The position numbers were made by a program, and so were the translations under genes. Under the pieces are notes generated by a model, which was given only the letters and a program-made list of their open reading frames with translations, was not told the DNA's origin and searched no databases. From an uncultured delta proteobacterium (lineage in GTDB: Bacteria > Myxococcota_A > UBA9160 > SZUA-336): DNA of 64,000 nucleotides. The first letter of the stretch is position 1. The number at the start of each line of letters is the position of its first letter. The DNA is taken from assembly GCA_963707945.1 (NCBI GenBank), contig CAVPRM010000002.1, positions 1,212,340 to 1,276,339 of the forward strand, written 5' to 3'. Of this stretch, positions 10,655 through 19,918 are shown in pieces.

Positions 10655-10735
10655 TTCGCTCGCCTTCGGCTCGCTGCGCGCTCGCTCCGCTCGCTCCGCT
10701 CGCTTGCGGCTCCGCGCGAGGGCGGCCTCGCGCTC
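10655..10735 (+). repeat. GC-rich REP/MITE-like repeat, copy B (left arm conserved, right half divergent)
   Basis: CTTCGCTCGCCTTCGGCTCGCTGCGCG starts 2 nt after the kinase stop. It shares the left arm with copies C, D and E and contains a short GCTCGCTCC tandem. It lacks the central palindrome. Confidence 0.65.
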
Positions 10736-10787
10736 CGCCGTCGCGTTGCTGGTCGTGTTGCTCGGGAAGATTCAGCCCGAAGGACGA

Positions 10788-10823
10788 ATCGCGCCGGCTC
10801 TCCCGGAGGAGAACCGGCGCGAT
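10788..10823. terminator. strong hairpin between convergent kinase and HTH genes (putative bidirectional terminator)
   Basis: ATCGCGCCGG(C)TCTCC-cgga-GGAGA(A)CCGGCGCGAT gives 15 paired positions with one mismatch. There is no clear U-tract. Confidence 0.5.
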
Positions 10824-10844
10824 CTGTTCACTGACTCCGAACGC

Positions 10845-11054
10845 TCAGGCGTTCGAGACGGCCTGGGTCTGGAGCTGAGGACCGTTCGGGCCCTCGACGA
10901 TCGTGACGCCCGGCAGATCGTTCGCCGGAATGCGCCACTGCTTCCCGATCCGCACCGCGCCGATCTGGCCCGACTCGATCAGGCGATAGACCGTTCGCGC
11001 CGAGATCCGCAGGAAGTTGGCCGCCTCGCGCACCGTGATCAGATTCTCCGCCAT
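10845..11054 (-). CDS. excisionase-family (MerR-like HTH_17) DNA-binding protein
   Basis: MAENLITVREAANFLRISARTVYRLIESGQIGAVRIGKQWRIPANDL is the excisionase-type helix-turn-helix. ATG 11054 is preceded by GGGGGGAAAG; the alternative ATG 11117 adds a low-complexity leader. Confidence 0.75.
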   Translation of the reverse strand: MAENLITVREAANFLRISARTVYRLIESGQIGAVRIGKQWRIPANDLPGVTIVEGPNGPQLQTQAVSNA

Positions 11055-11355
11055 TGCTTTCCCCCCGTTTGGCCCTTTGGGCCCGCTTCGTCCCTCTGTG
11101 GGTCCTTTGGCCGGCACCTCCGATCAACCTCGGCAAGCCCGGCCTTCAAGAGAACGTTTCGTCAGGGTCGCCAACTCCTTTAGAGCTTTCTTTCGCATGG
11201 CTTGGGATCCGTGAAACGCAGCTATTTCACTGAGTATTGCGGGCGTGGACCGTGCGGCCAGGTCTACCGCGACCACAGCGAGTGGCGAACTGCGTCGCGA
11301 AGCCTCGGCCGCATCCGCCGCGCCGACCTGCGCCCGCGGCGTATCATCGCCGCCG

Positions 11356-12030
11356 ATGAGCGAGCCCGCCGCGAACCGCGCACAGACGATCGTTCGCCTC
11401 GCGATCGTCGCGGCGATCGTCGGCGCCGTCGTGTACTACCGCGGCGCGATCGCGACGGAGGTCGCGGCGCTCGCCGAGTGGGTGAAGACGCTCGGGCCGT
11501 GGGGACCGGTCGTCTTCATTGCGGCGTACGTGGGCGCAGCGGTCGCGTTCGTGCCGGGCTCGGTGCTCACGGTCGCCGCAGGCGCGATCTTCGGCCTATG
11601 GGCCGGCACCGTCTACGTGTTCATCGGGGCGACGCTCGCGGCGTGCATCTCGTTCGCGCTCGCGCGCGGGGCATTGCGCTCGGCGATCGAGCGGCGAGTG
11701 GAAGGCAACGCGCGGCTCGCGGCGATCGACCGTGCCATCGCCGCCGAGGGACGGAAGATCGTCTTCCTGCTCCGGCTCTCGCCGCTGTTCCCGTTCTCCC
11801 TGGGAAACTACGCACTCGGGCTGACCCGGGTGCGCTTCGGGGACTACGCACTCGCGTGTATCGGTATGCTGCCCTGGACCTTCGTGTACGTGTACCTCGG
11901 CGCGTTCGTCGGCGACGTCGGGCTCGGCTGGAAGCTCGTCGGCCTGGCGATCACCGCGGTGATGGTCTTCCTGGCGGCGCGGGCCGCCAAGCGCGCGCTC
12001 GACCGCGCGACCGCCGAGAGCCCGAGCTGA
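11356..12030 (+). CDS. TVP38/TMEM64 (DedA/VTT-domain) family membrane protein
   Basis: The WGPVVFIAAYVGAAVAFVPGSVLTVAAGAIFG ... RLSPLFPFSLGNYALG pattern is typical of this family. Start chosen at MSEPAANR (ATG 11356). Confidence 0.8.
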   Translation: MSEPAANRAQTIVRLAIVAAIVGAVVYYRGAIATEVAALAEWVKTLGPWGPVVFIAAYVGAAVAFVPGSVLTVAAGAIFGLWAGTVYVFIGATLAACISFALARGALRSAIERRVEGNARLAAIDRAIAAEGRKIVFLLRLSPLFPFSLGNYALGLTRVRFGDYALACIGMLPWTFVYVYLGAFVGDVGLGWKLVGLAITAVMVFLAARAAKRALDRATAESPS

Positions 12031-12154
12031 AATGCGTTTCCGCGGCGAGGGAAGAGGAGTCCCCACAGTTGCGGGTGAGCTGCGTGCGGAGCCGGCTGCG
12101 GAGCGCACCGCGCCCGCCGCTCCTGGCCCATCGCTTGCAGTCGAGCCAGCCTGC

Positions 12155-12481
12155 ATGTCCACCCCCACTCCCAGACAGCAGGCAGGCTACCTGCGGCGGC
12201 TCCTGCGCCGCGGCGAGATCGAGATCATCGACCCGTCGAGCGGCCGCGCCGTGCCGGTGCTGGTCGAGCTGCAGGCCGACGTGATCCGGCTCGTGCCGAT
12301 GTTCGAGTCGCCCAAGGGCGAGACGCCGGTCGTCGACGTGCCGCTCTCCGACGAGGCCGCGCGCTGGGGGACGGTGCTCGCGAGATTGCGCGGCGCGCTT
12401 CCGCTCGCGCAGGCCGAGGAGCTGGTGGCCGCGGTCGAGGTCGAGGCCAAGGCCGCGCCGGGCGGCGAACCCTCCGCCTGA
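12155..12481 (+). CDS. hypothetical protein
   Basis: 108 codons from ATG 12155 with strong GC3 bias and a protein-like composition (MSTPTPRQQAGYLRRLLRRGEIEIIDPSSG...). I recognise no family. Confidence 0.5.
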   Translation: MSTPTPRQQAGYLRRLLRRGEIEIIDPSSGRAVPVLVELQADVIRLVPMFESPKGETPVVDVPLSDEAARWGTVLARLRGALPLAQAEELVAAVEVEAKAAPGGEPSA

Positions 12482-12565
12482 ACGCGCCACGGGTCGTCCC
12501 TCCGCGCCAGACACGAGCCGTCGCGAAGGAGTATGATCCGCTTAGCAACGGGCAGGGGCTGAAGG

Positions 12566-13141
12566 ATGAAGGGCTTCTCCGGGGCGTCGCGACGAGGGGC
12601 TGCGTCGCGCGAAGCGATTCTGCAGGCGGCTGTTCGCGTCATCGGGCGCGAGGGACTGGCTGGAGCCTCGCTCGCGACCGTGGCCAGTGAAGCTGCGACG
12701 AGCAAGCCGGCGGTCTTGTACCACTTCGGCTCGCGCGATCGCTTGTTGCACGAAGTGGCATCGCTGGCGTTCGGCTTGTATCGCCGCCTGCTCCCCGAAA
12801 GCGATGCGCCGTCGCCGCGCGCGCGCACGGAAGCGGCGATCGCGGCAATCTTCGCGCCCGAGAACCGCAACCTGCTCGCGTGCGTGCACGAGCTGATCGG
12901 CCTGGGCATGCGCGACCCCGCCGTCGGAGAGCTGCTGGCGCGCTCGTTCGACGAGACCTTGCAGGGGCCGATCCGCGCGCTCCAGCACCTGGGCCCCGAG
13001 GAAGCGCGTGCGCTCGCGCGCGCGCTCGTGATGACGATCCACGGACACGTCGACCTGTGGCTGTGCGCGGACCAGGCCGACACCAAGCAGTTCATCGAGT
13101 CGGCGACGCGAGCCGCACTCGCGCTGGTGCCCGAGAGATGA
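12566..13141 (+). CDS. TetR/AcrR family transcriptional regulator
   Basis: The N-terminal HTH SREAILQAAVRVIGREGLAGASLATVASEAATSKPAVLYHFGSRDRLL is typical of TetR_N. Confidence 0.85.
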   Translation: MKGFSGASRRGAASREAILQAAVRVIGREGLAGASLATVASEAATSKPAVLYHFGSRDRLLHEVASLAFGLYRRLLPESDAPSPRARTEAAIAAIFAPENRNLLACVHELIGLGMRDPAVGELLARSFDETLQGPIRALQHLGPEEARALARALVMTIHGHVDLWLCADQADTKQFIESATRAALALVPER

Positions 13142-13151
13142 CGGCTCGCCG

Positions 13152-14097
13152 CTAGAAGCGCTTCCTCAGCCAGTCGATCAGGATGCGATTGAGCTCGGCC
13201 GGGTGCTCCTGCTGCGTCCAGTGCCCGCAGTCCTTGATCATCACCTTCTCGAGATCGGGGACGCGCGCCTCCATCCCGTCCGCGAGTGCGGGCGGCAGCG
13301 CGAAGTCGTGCTCGGACGTCACCATGAGCGACGGCGCGGTCAGCACCTGCGGCGCGTCCGCGGTGAGGCGCCAGTTGCGGTCGAGGTTGCGGTACCAGTG
13401 GATGCCGCCGCTGAAGCCGGTGCGCTCGAAGGCGCGCACGAACACGTCGAGCTCGGCGTCGCTGAGCAGCGGCTGGCCCAGCTTGCGGCCCTGCTCGACC
13501 GCGGTGGCGAGATTCATGACGCCGCCGGAGGCATCGATGTCCGACGGCTTGATGCCGCGCCGCATCAGCATCTCGAACACGCGCCGCACGTCCTTCGCGA
13601 GCCGCTGGTCCGCGTCGTTCGGCGTCTGGAAGTGGACGATGTAGTGGTCGGGGCCCATCGCCGCGCGCAGCATCTGGACCGGAGGGATCGGCGGCCGCGG
13701 CATGAACGGCGTGTTCACGCCGATCAGGCCGAGCACGCGCTCCGGATGAAGCTGGCCCATCGACCAGATCACCATCCCGCCCCAGTCGTGGCCGCAGAAC
13801 ACCGCGCGCTCGAGCCCGAGCGCGTCGAGCAGACCGGCGAGATCGCCGGTGAGCTGCGCGATGTCGTACGCCTCACCGCCTCGGGGCGATCGCTCGCGCC
13901 GTAGCCGCGCTGGTCGGCCGCGATCGCCGCGAAGATCCCGCGGCCGCCAGCGCGGGCAGCTGGTGGCGCCACGAGTAGGCGAGCTCGGGGAAGCCGTGCG
14001 AGAACACCACGGGCAGGCCCGGCCCTGCTCGTACACCGCCAGGCGTAGCGCCGTTCGCGCGGACGAAGTGCGGCTCGGGGAAAGCGAGGCTCGTCAT
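13152..14097 (-). pseudogene. alpha/beta hydrolase (epoxide-hydrolase-like), at least 2 frameshifts as sequenced
   Basis: Three frames are needed. They read MTSLAFPEPHFVRANG...PVVFSHGFPELAYSWRHQLPALAAAG, then IFAAIAADQRGYGASDRPEAV, then EAYDIAQLTGDLAGLLDALGLERAVFCGHDWGG...CGHWTQQEHP. The shifts are near 13937 and 13874. HGFPE, DxRGYG and GHDWG are epoxide-hydrolase-type motifs. Confidence 0.8.
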
Positions 14098-15114
14098 CGG
14101 CTCGAGGATCACCTTGCACTGGTGGGTGGGGGTCTTCAGCGCCTCGAACGCGCTCGGGAACGCGGCGAGGTCGACGACGTCGGTGATCATGTCGCGGCCC
14201 GGGATGCGGCCACGGTCGAGCATGTCGACGACGAGCTCCCAGTCGCGCCGGTGGTAGGCGACCACGAAGCGGAGCTCGACCTCCTTGATGATCCCCATGA
14301 CCGGGAAGATCGTGTCGGGCTGCATGCACACGCCGACCACCACCACGCGGCCGCGCACCTTGGCCATGCCGATGCACTGCTGCACGAGCCCGGGCACGCC
14401 GACGCACTCGAAGATCACGTCGGGCGGGCCGCCCGTCTCGCGCTGGAACACCGTGACCGGGTCCTCCTTCGACACGTCGGCGACCGCGGTCGCGCCGAAC
14501 TTCTGCGCGAGCGCGATGCGGCCCGGCGCGCGCTCGTTCACCACGACCGCGCGCGCGCCGAAGAAGCGCGCCCATGCCGTGACGGCGAGCCCGATCGGCC
14601 CGGCGCCGATCACCATCACCCGCTCGCCGGGCTGGAGCCGCGCCTGGTTCACCGCGTGCAGGCCGACCGCCAGCGGCTCGACCAGCGCGCCTTCGCGGTA
14701 GGACACGCCCGCGGGCAGACGCAGCGACTCGCTGCCGCCGACCAGCACGTACTCCGAGTACGCGCCGGGGATCTGGCCGAGCCCGGTGCCGCGCAAGCTC
14801 GAACACAGGATGATGTCGCCCGCGAGGCACGGTCCGCATTTTCCGCAGCCGATCGCGGGGAAAGCGCAGACGCGGTCGCCCACCTTCCAGCCCCCGCGCG
14901 CCTCGGCGCCGACCTCGACGACCTCGCCCGCGAACTCGTGACCCATCACCGTCCCGGCAGGCAGTCCCGGCGGCAGCGACGCCGCGTGCAGATCCGAGCC
15001 GCAGATCCCGCAGCTCCGGACGCGCAGCACGAGCTCGCCCGGTCCCGGCTTGGGGTCCGCGAGCTCTTCGATGGTGAGCGGCTGCCCCAGCCCGTGAAAC
15101 ACCGCGCCCTTCAC
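14098..15114 (-). CDS. zinc-dependent alcohol dehydrogenase (MDR family); no in-frame stop before the hydrolase
   Basis: GTG 15114 follows AAGGAG. Motifs: CGICGSDLH, GHEFAGEVVEVG, CGKCGPCLAG and the Rossmann VIGAGPIGL. The frame runs straight into the MTSLAFPE start of the next gene, where an ATGA lies in another frame. Confidence 0.85.
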
Positions 15115-15122
15115 ATGTTCTC

Positions 15123-15195
15123 CTTCGCTCGCCTGCGGCTCGCTGCGCGCCGCCTTCGGCGCTTGCGGCCTCGCTCGGGGACGGCCCTCGCTCGG
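15123..15195 (+). repeat. GC-rich REP/MITE-like repeat, copy C (central palindrome absent)
   Basis: CTTCGCTCGCCTGCGGCTCGCTGCGCGC ... CCTCGCTCGGGGACGGCCCTCGCTCGG abuts the ADH ribosome-binding site. Confidence 0.7.
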
Positions 15196-15235
15196 CGATC
15201 TCCAGCTTGATAAGAGCCGCATCATGGACCATGAA

Positions 15236-15249
15236 TGGACTTCAGTCCA
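15236..15249. promoter_or_regulatory. candidate TetR operator (inverted repeat TGGACT-TC-AGTCCA)
   Basis: Perfect 6+6 inverted repeat 22 nt upstream of the TetR ATG 15271, in a relatively AT-rich divergent intergenic region. Confidence 0.4.
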
Positions 15250-15270
15250 GTTATGGAATAGGCTACAGCC

Positions 15271-15879
15271 ATGGTCGCCCCCGCCCTTTCGACTCGCCGC
15301 GCGCGCAAGAAGGAGCGCACCCGCCAGGAGATCTTCTCCGCGGCGATGGAGCTGTTCGCGGCGCGCGGCTTCGAGGCGGTGACGATCGAGGCGATCTGCG
15401 CCGCGGCCGACGTCGCGCGCGGGACTTTCTTCCTCCACTTCCCGAGCAAGGCCGCGCTGCTCTGGGAGTGGAATCGCCAGGTCGCCGACGAGTTCCGCGC
15501 CGGGCTCGTCGAGCCGCGCGGCAGCGCGGTCGACGAGCTGCGCGACCTGGTCGAGCACATCTCGCGCAAGCTCGAGGCGCAGGCCGACGTCATGGCCGGG
15601 CTGCTGCGCGAGTTCTTCGCGACACCGCCCGCGCCCGCCGCCGCGCGCGAGGCCGATCGCGATCTGTCGGCGCTGGTCGAGGAGCTGGTGCGGCGCGGCC
15701 AGAAGCGCGGCGAGCTGCGCCGCAGCGTCGACGCGCGGCTGGCCGTCGCGATGCTGCTCTCCACCGCCGCCGCGATTCTCGCGGGCAACGTCTGGAAGCC
15801 GGGCGAGATCGCGCCGGCCAAGGTGCGGGCCCAGTTCTACGAAGTCGTCTTTCACGGACTCACGGGAGGTCGAAAGTGA
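15271..15879 (+). CDS. TetR/AcrR family transcriptional regulator
   Basis: RTRQEIFSAAMELFAARGFEAVTIEAICAAADVARGTFFLHFPSKAALL is a TetR_N HTH. The stop overlaps the next start (GTGA). Confidence 0.85.
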   Translation: MVAPALSTRRARKKERTRQEIFSAAMELFAARGFEAVTIEAICAAADVARGTFFLHFPSKAALLWEWNRQVADEFRAGLVEPRGSAVDELRDLVEHISRKLEAQADVMAGLLREFFATPPAPAAAREADRDLSALVEELVRRGQKRGELRRSVDARLAVAMLLSTAAAILAGNVWKPGEIAPAKVRAQFYEVVFHGLTGGRK

Positions 15880-17054
15880 CTCAGTCGCGTCTTCGCTTCG
15901 GAATCTTCATGGCGCCGTTCCACCCCGAGAACGAGAACCCCTCGCTCGCGCTGGCGCGCGACATGGAGCTCGTCGAGTGGCTCGACGAGCTCGGCTACGA
16001 CGAGGCGTGGATCGGCGAGCACCACTCGGCCGGCTACGAGATCATCGGCTCGCCCGAGGTGTTCATCGCCGGCGCCGCCGAGCGCACCCGCCGGATCAAG
16101 CTCGGCACCGGCGTCTCGTCCCTGCCCTACCACCACCCGTTCATGCTGGCCGACCGGATCCGCCAGCTCGACCTGCAGACGCGCGGCCGCGTGATGTTCG
16201 GCGTCGGGCCCGGGTGCGCTGCCCACCGACGCGTTCATGATGGGCATCGATCCCGCCGACGCAGCGCGACCGCATGCTCGAGTCGATCCGCGCGCTGATC
16301 CCGCTGCTGCGCGGCGAGACGGTCACGATGAAGACCGACTGGTTCGAGCTGCGCGAGGCGCACCTGCAGCTGCGCCCGTTCAGCGAGGAAGGCGTCGAGA
16401 TCGCGGTCGCGAACCAGGTCTCGCCCGCGGGCGCGCGCGCGGCGGGCGAGTTCGGGCTGTCGCTGCTCTCGATCGGCGCCACCACCACCGGCGGCTTCAA
16501 CGCGCTCGCCAACACCTGGTCGATCTGCGAGGAGCGCGCGAAGGAGTTCGGCCAGTCGGTCTCGCGACGCGGCTGGCGCCTGGTCGCGCCCATGCACATC
16601 GCCGAGACCCGCGAGAAGGCGCGCGAGGACGTGAAGTTCGGCCTGCTCAACTGGGCGCGGTACTTCCGGGAGATCTCGCCTTTGCCGCTGGTCGAAGCGG
16701 GCGTGCCGATCGACCAGGCGATCGACAAGCTGATCGAGATCGGCATGGCCGTGATCGGCACCCCCGACGACGCGGTCGCGCAGCTGCAGCGGCTCGAGCG
16801 CCAGTCGGGCGGCTACGGCTGCTTCCTGCAGCTCGCGCACGAGTGGGCCGACCGCGCGCGCCACGCACGAGAGCTACGAGCTGATCGCGCGCCACGTGAT
16901 GCCGCGCTTCCAGGGCAGCAACGACCTTCGCGAGAAGAGTCTCGGCTACGCCATCGAGAACCGCGGCCGGATCATGGCCGAGGCGGGCGGCGCGGTCATG
17001 AAGGAGATCGCGAAGCACGCCGCCGAGCAGGGCCAGAAGACCAAAGCGCCGTGA
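15876..17054 (+). pseudogene. LLM-class (luciferase-like) flavin-dependent oxidoreductase, 3 frameshifts as sequenced
   Basis: The segments are VTQSRLRFGIFMAPFHP...WIGEHHSAGYEI...MFGVGPG, then ALPTDAFMMGIDPAD, then QRDRMLESIRALIPLL...QLAHEWAD, then HESYELIARHVMPRFQG...KAP*. The shifts fall at an extra t at 16215, an extra g at 16261, and about 16852-16863. Confidence 0.8.
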
Positions 17055-18544
17055 CACCGAAGCACGTCGTCATCGTCGGGGGCTCGGTCACCGGGCTCGG
17101 CGCAGCGCTCGCGCTCTCGGGCGAGGGGCACCGGGTCACCATCCTCGAGCGCGACGCCACGCCCATGCCCGACTCGCACGTCGAGGCGTTCGAGAAGTGG
17201 GACCGGCGCGGCTCGCCGCAGGTGCGCCACTCGCACGCGTTCCTGGGCCGGCTCTACGGGCTGATCCGTGACCACGCCCCCGACCTTCTGGCGAAGTTTC
17301 TCGCCTGCGGCGCGGAGGAGCTCCGGGTGATGGACCAGGCACGCCAGCGCAGCGGGTCTGACGCGCCGGCGGAGCCCGGCGACGAGGACCTCGTGCTGCT
17401 CGCCTGCCGGCGCATCACCTTCGAATACCTGCTGCGCCGACACGTGCTCGACTCCGGCCGGGTCGAGTTCCGCGACGGCGACGAGGTGACCGGCCTCGCG
17501 ACCGCTGAACCGCGCGCGAACGGCGCTCCGCTGCGGGTCACCGGCGTGCACGTGCGCTGCGCCGATGGCCGCCGCCATGAGCTCGCTGCCGACCTCGTCG
17601 TCGACGCGAGCGGCCGGCGTTCGAAGCTCTCCGACTGGCTCGAGGCGATCGGCGCGCCGCGCCCGCGCCGCGAGTCGGAGCCGTGCGGGATCTTCTACAG
17701 CTCGCGCTTCTACCGCTGGCACGAGGGCGTGGTTCCGCCGGTCATGGAGAACGGCATGGGCCAGGACCTCGGCTACCTGAAGATCGGCCTGTTCCCCGGC
17801 GACGCGCGGATCTTCTCGCTCACCCTCGCCGCTTCGCCCGACGACGACGTGCTGCGCTCCGTCCTGCGCACGCAAGGATTCGAGCGCGCCGCGCGCGCGC
17901 TGCCGTTCGTGCAGCCGTGGGTCGCCCCCGAGTTCTCGACCCCGATCTCCGACGTGCACGGCATGGCGAACCTCTTCAACACCCGACACTTCCTGGTGGA
18001 GGACGGCGAGCCGCTCGCGCTGGGGGTGCTCGCGATCGGCGACGCGCTGATCCACACCAACCCGATCACCGGCCGCGGCTGCAGCCTGGGCTGGGTCGGC
18101 GGCTTCATGCTGGCCGAGGCACTGCGCAAGGAGCCCGACGACCTGCGCGCGCTGGCGCTCCACTTCGACCGCGGCGTCGAACGCGAGATCGTGCCCTGGT
18201 ACGACCTGCAGCGGCAGCAGGACCGCGACGCGATCGAGGTCGACGCGATCCAGCGCCGCGGCGAGAACCCCTACCAGATTGAGCGCGCGGACGGCTCGCA
18301 GGACCCGAAGGCGTTCATGCGCTCACTGCTCCGCGAAGGCCTCGGCCACGCTCTGCGCGACGACATCCAGGTGCTGCGCGCGTTCATGCGCGTCCTGAAC
18401 CTGCTCGACCCGCCGCAGGACCTCATGAGCAAGCCCGAGATCTTCCAGGCGGTGCTGAAGTCCTGGAACGAGCGCCACAACCGCCCGCCGCTCGCGACGG
18501 GCCCGAGCCGAGCCCAGATGCTCGACGTGCTCCGGGGGGCCTGA
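17051..18544 (+). CDS. NAD(P)/FAD-dependent oxidoreductase (monooxygenase-like)
   Basis: GTG 17051 overlaps the LLM stop (GTGA). Contains a dinucleotide fold HVVIVGGSVTGLGAALAL, DASGRRS, and the GD motif AIGDALIHTNPITGRGCS. Confidence 0.75.
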   Translation: MTPKHVVIVGGSVTGLGAALALSGEGHRVTILERDATPMPDSHVEAFEKWDRRGSPQVRHSHAFLGRLYGLIRDHAPDLLAKFLACGAEELRVMDQARQRSGSDAPAEPGDEDLVLLACRRITFEYLLRRHVLDSGRVEFRDGDEVTGLATAEPRANGAPLRVTGVHVRCADGRRHELAADLVVDASGRRSKLSDWLEAIGAPRPRRESEPCGIFYSSRFYRWHEGVVPPVMENGMGQDLGYLKIGLFPGDARIFSLTLAASPDDDVLRSVLRTQGFERAARALPFVQPWVAPEFSTPISDVHGMANLFNTRHFLVEDGEPLALGVLAIGDALIHTNPITGRGCSLGWVGGFMLAEALRKEPDDLRALALHFDRGVEREIVPWYDLQRQQDRDAIEVDAIQRRGENPYQIERADGSQDPKAFMRSLLREGLGHALRDDIQVLRAFMRVLNLLDPPQDLMSKPEIFQAVLKSWNERHNRPPLATGPSRAQMLDVLRGA

Positions 18545-18702
18545 GCCCGGGCTGTCGTCGCTCTCCCCGGCTTCTCGGGAACGGGACATTCAACGCCTTC
18601 CTTGCGGGTCTACGCCCTCTCCCGGGTTAGCAAAAATCGAGTCTTCTTTTTTCTTCCCTTTCGGAAAGTCGTCGTGTAAAAGACCCGCAGGAGGGACTTC
18701 GC

Positions 18703-19854
18703 ATGAAGCTTCGTATGCGAGTGCTTGCGGCTGTCGTCGCTGCCTCGGCGCTGATGGCGACCGGGTGCGGCAATCTCACGATTCGCAGCTGGATCAAGGT
18801 CATCGAGGACCAGAGCTCCGGCTCGCTCCAGTCCGACCTGCTCGGCGGCCCGCCCATGCCGTTGAGCCGCCTGCAGGGTGGCTTCCTCGGCGCGATCGTC
18901 CTCGATACGCGGACGCTTCCCGGGCCGGTCGACGGCACCGTGAACGTGGACATCGTTCGGATCCTCGCGGACTCCGGGAACGCGCTCGTCGGCCCGCTCT
19001 GCATCTGGGGGAACCCGGCGCTGGCGTCGAGCGGAACCGCGCACCTCGACATCCTCGGTGGGACCGGCTCCACGACCATCACGCTGAACCTCAGGGCGAC
19101 CGCCAAGATCGCCGACCTGATCGGTCTCCCGCCGGTCGAGCTCTCGCAGGCCGCGACCTTCCCGCTGAACGGCGTGGGCCTCACGCAGCTCCTGAACGCG
19201 GCGTCGACGGGCTCAGGCGACGGCCTGTTCGCGACGAGCGCCTCGTTCGTCGGCGAGACCGTGCTGCTCGGCGCGCCCGCCTCGTTCAACCTGGACATCC
19301 AGGTCACGAACGAGTCGACGCCGCCGCTCTTCGACGCCGATCTCCTCGCCGTCTGCGGCCCGCACTTCGCGGAGCAGGGACGCTCGGTGTTCTACGGAGT
19401 CAACTCGAAGGCGAGCTACCTGCTGGCCTCGGGCAGCGACCAGCCCGCGGCGCCGACGATCATCCCGCTCGCGGACATCGGCGCGCACCCGGGCGACCAG
19501 CTGAAGATCGCGCGCGTCGGCACCTACAACGACAAGACGGAGCTGCGCGACGGCAACGCCACTCGGATCGGTGCGGTGTTCAGCTCGACGAACGTCGTCA
19601 AGAAGGACAACCAGCGCAACCGCATCCCGGGCGCGATCGAGGCCGGCTCGGACTTCAGCACGCCGCCGCACTTCCTGCTGCTGCTGCCGATTCCGACCGA
19701 CATCCCGCAGGACTTCGCGGTGACCAACAGCCCGACGGTCACTATCCCCGCCGGGGCCCAGTACCTCGTCGTCGGGACGGTTCCCGGGACGCCGCTGAAG
19801 TGGGGTGACAACTCCGGCTTCGGGCTCGGGGTCTCCCTCACGGTCAATCCGTAG
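18703..19854 (+). CDS. lipoprotein, function unknown
   Basis: Signal peptide with lipobox (AASALMATG-C) and SD AGGAGGGA upstream. 383 aa with no recognised domain. Confidence 0.75.
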   Translation: MKLRMRVLAAVVAASALMATGCGNLTIRSWIKVIEDQSSGSLQSDLLGGPPMPLSRLQGGFLGAIVLDTRTLPGPVDGTVNVDIVRILADSGNALVGPLCIWGNPALASSGTAHLDILGGTGSTTITLNLRATAKIADLIGLPPVELSQAATFPLNGVGLTQLLNAASTGSGDGLFATSASFVGETVLLGAPASFNLDIQVTNESTPPLFDADLLAVCGPHFAEQGRSVFYGVNSKASYLLASGSDQPAAPTIIPLADIGAHPGDQLKIARVGTYNDKTELRDGNATRIGAVFSSTNVVKKDNQRNRIPGAIEAGSDFSTPPHFLLLLPIPTDIPQDFAVTNSPTVTIPAGAQYLVVGTVPGTPLKWGDNSGFGLGVSLTVNP

Positions 19855-19870
19855 CAGCGTCTCCCCCTTG

Positions 19871-19906
19871 GCCGGGGTGGGCGCTCGAGAGAGCGCCCAC
19901 CCCGGC
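19871..19906 (+). terminator. 16-bp perfect stem with GAGA tetraloop (terminator/attenuator-like hairpin)
   Basis: GCCGGGGTGGGCGCTC-GAGA-GAGCGCCCACCCCGGC lies between the lipoprotein stop (19854) and the ELWxxDGT start (19919). No U-tract. Confidence 0.55.
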
Positions 19907-19918
19907 GCGCTGCTGCTG

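Noticed and set aside
10845-11054. Excisionase-family HTH as a marker of a prophage or integrative element
   Set aside because: There is no integrase, recombinase, tRNA target, att-like direct repeat or phage/conjugation gene anywhere in the window. Stand-alone HTH_17 proteins are common chromosomal regulators.
14000-14060. Possible compensating indel pair in the hydrolase N-terminus (ATPGGVRAGPGLPVV versus the expected ATLAVYEQG-PGLPVV)
   Set aside because: The as-sequenced frame stays open, so this cannot be told apart from natural sequence divergence without orthologs or reads. It is not counted among the frameshifts.
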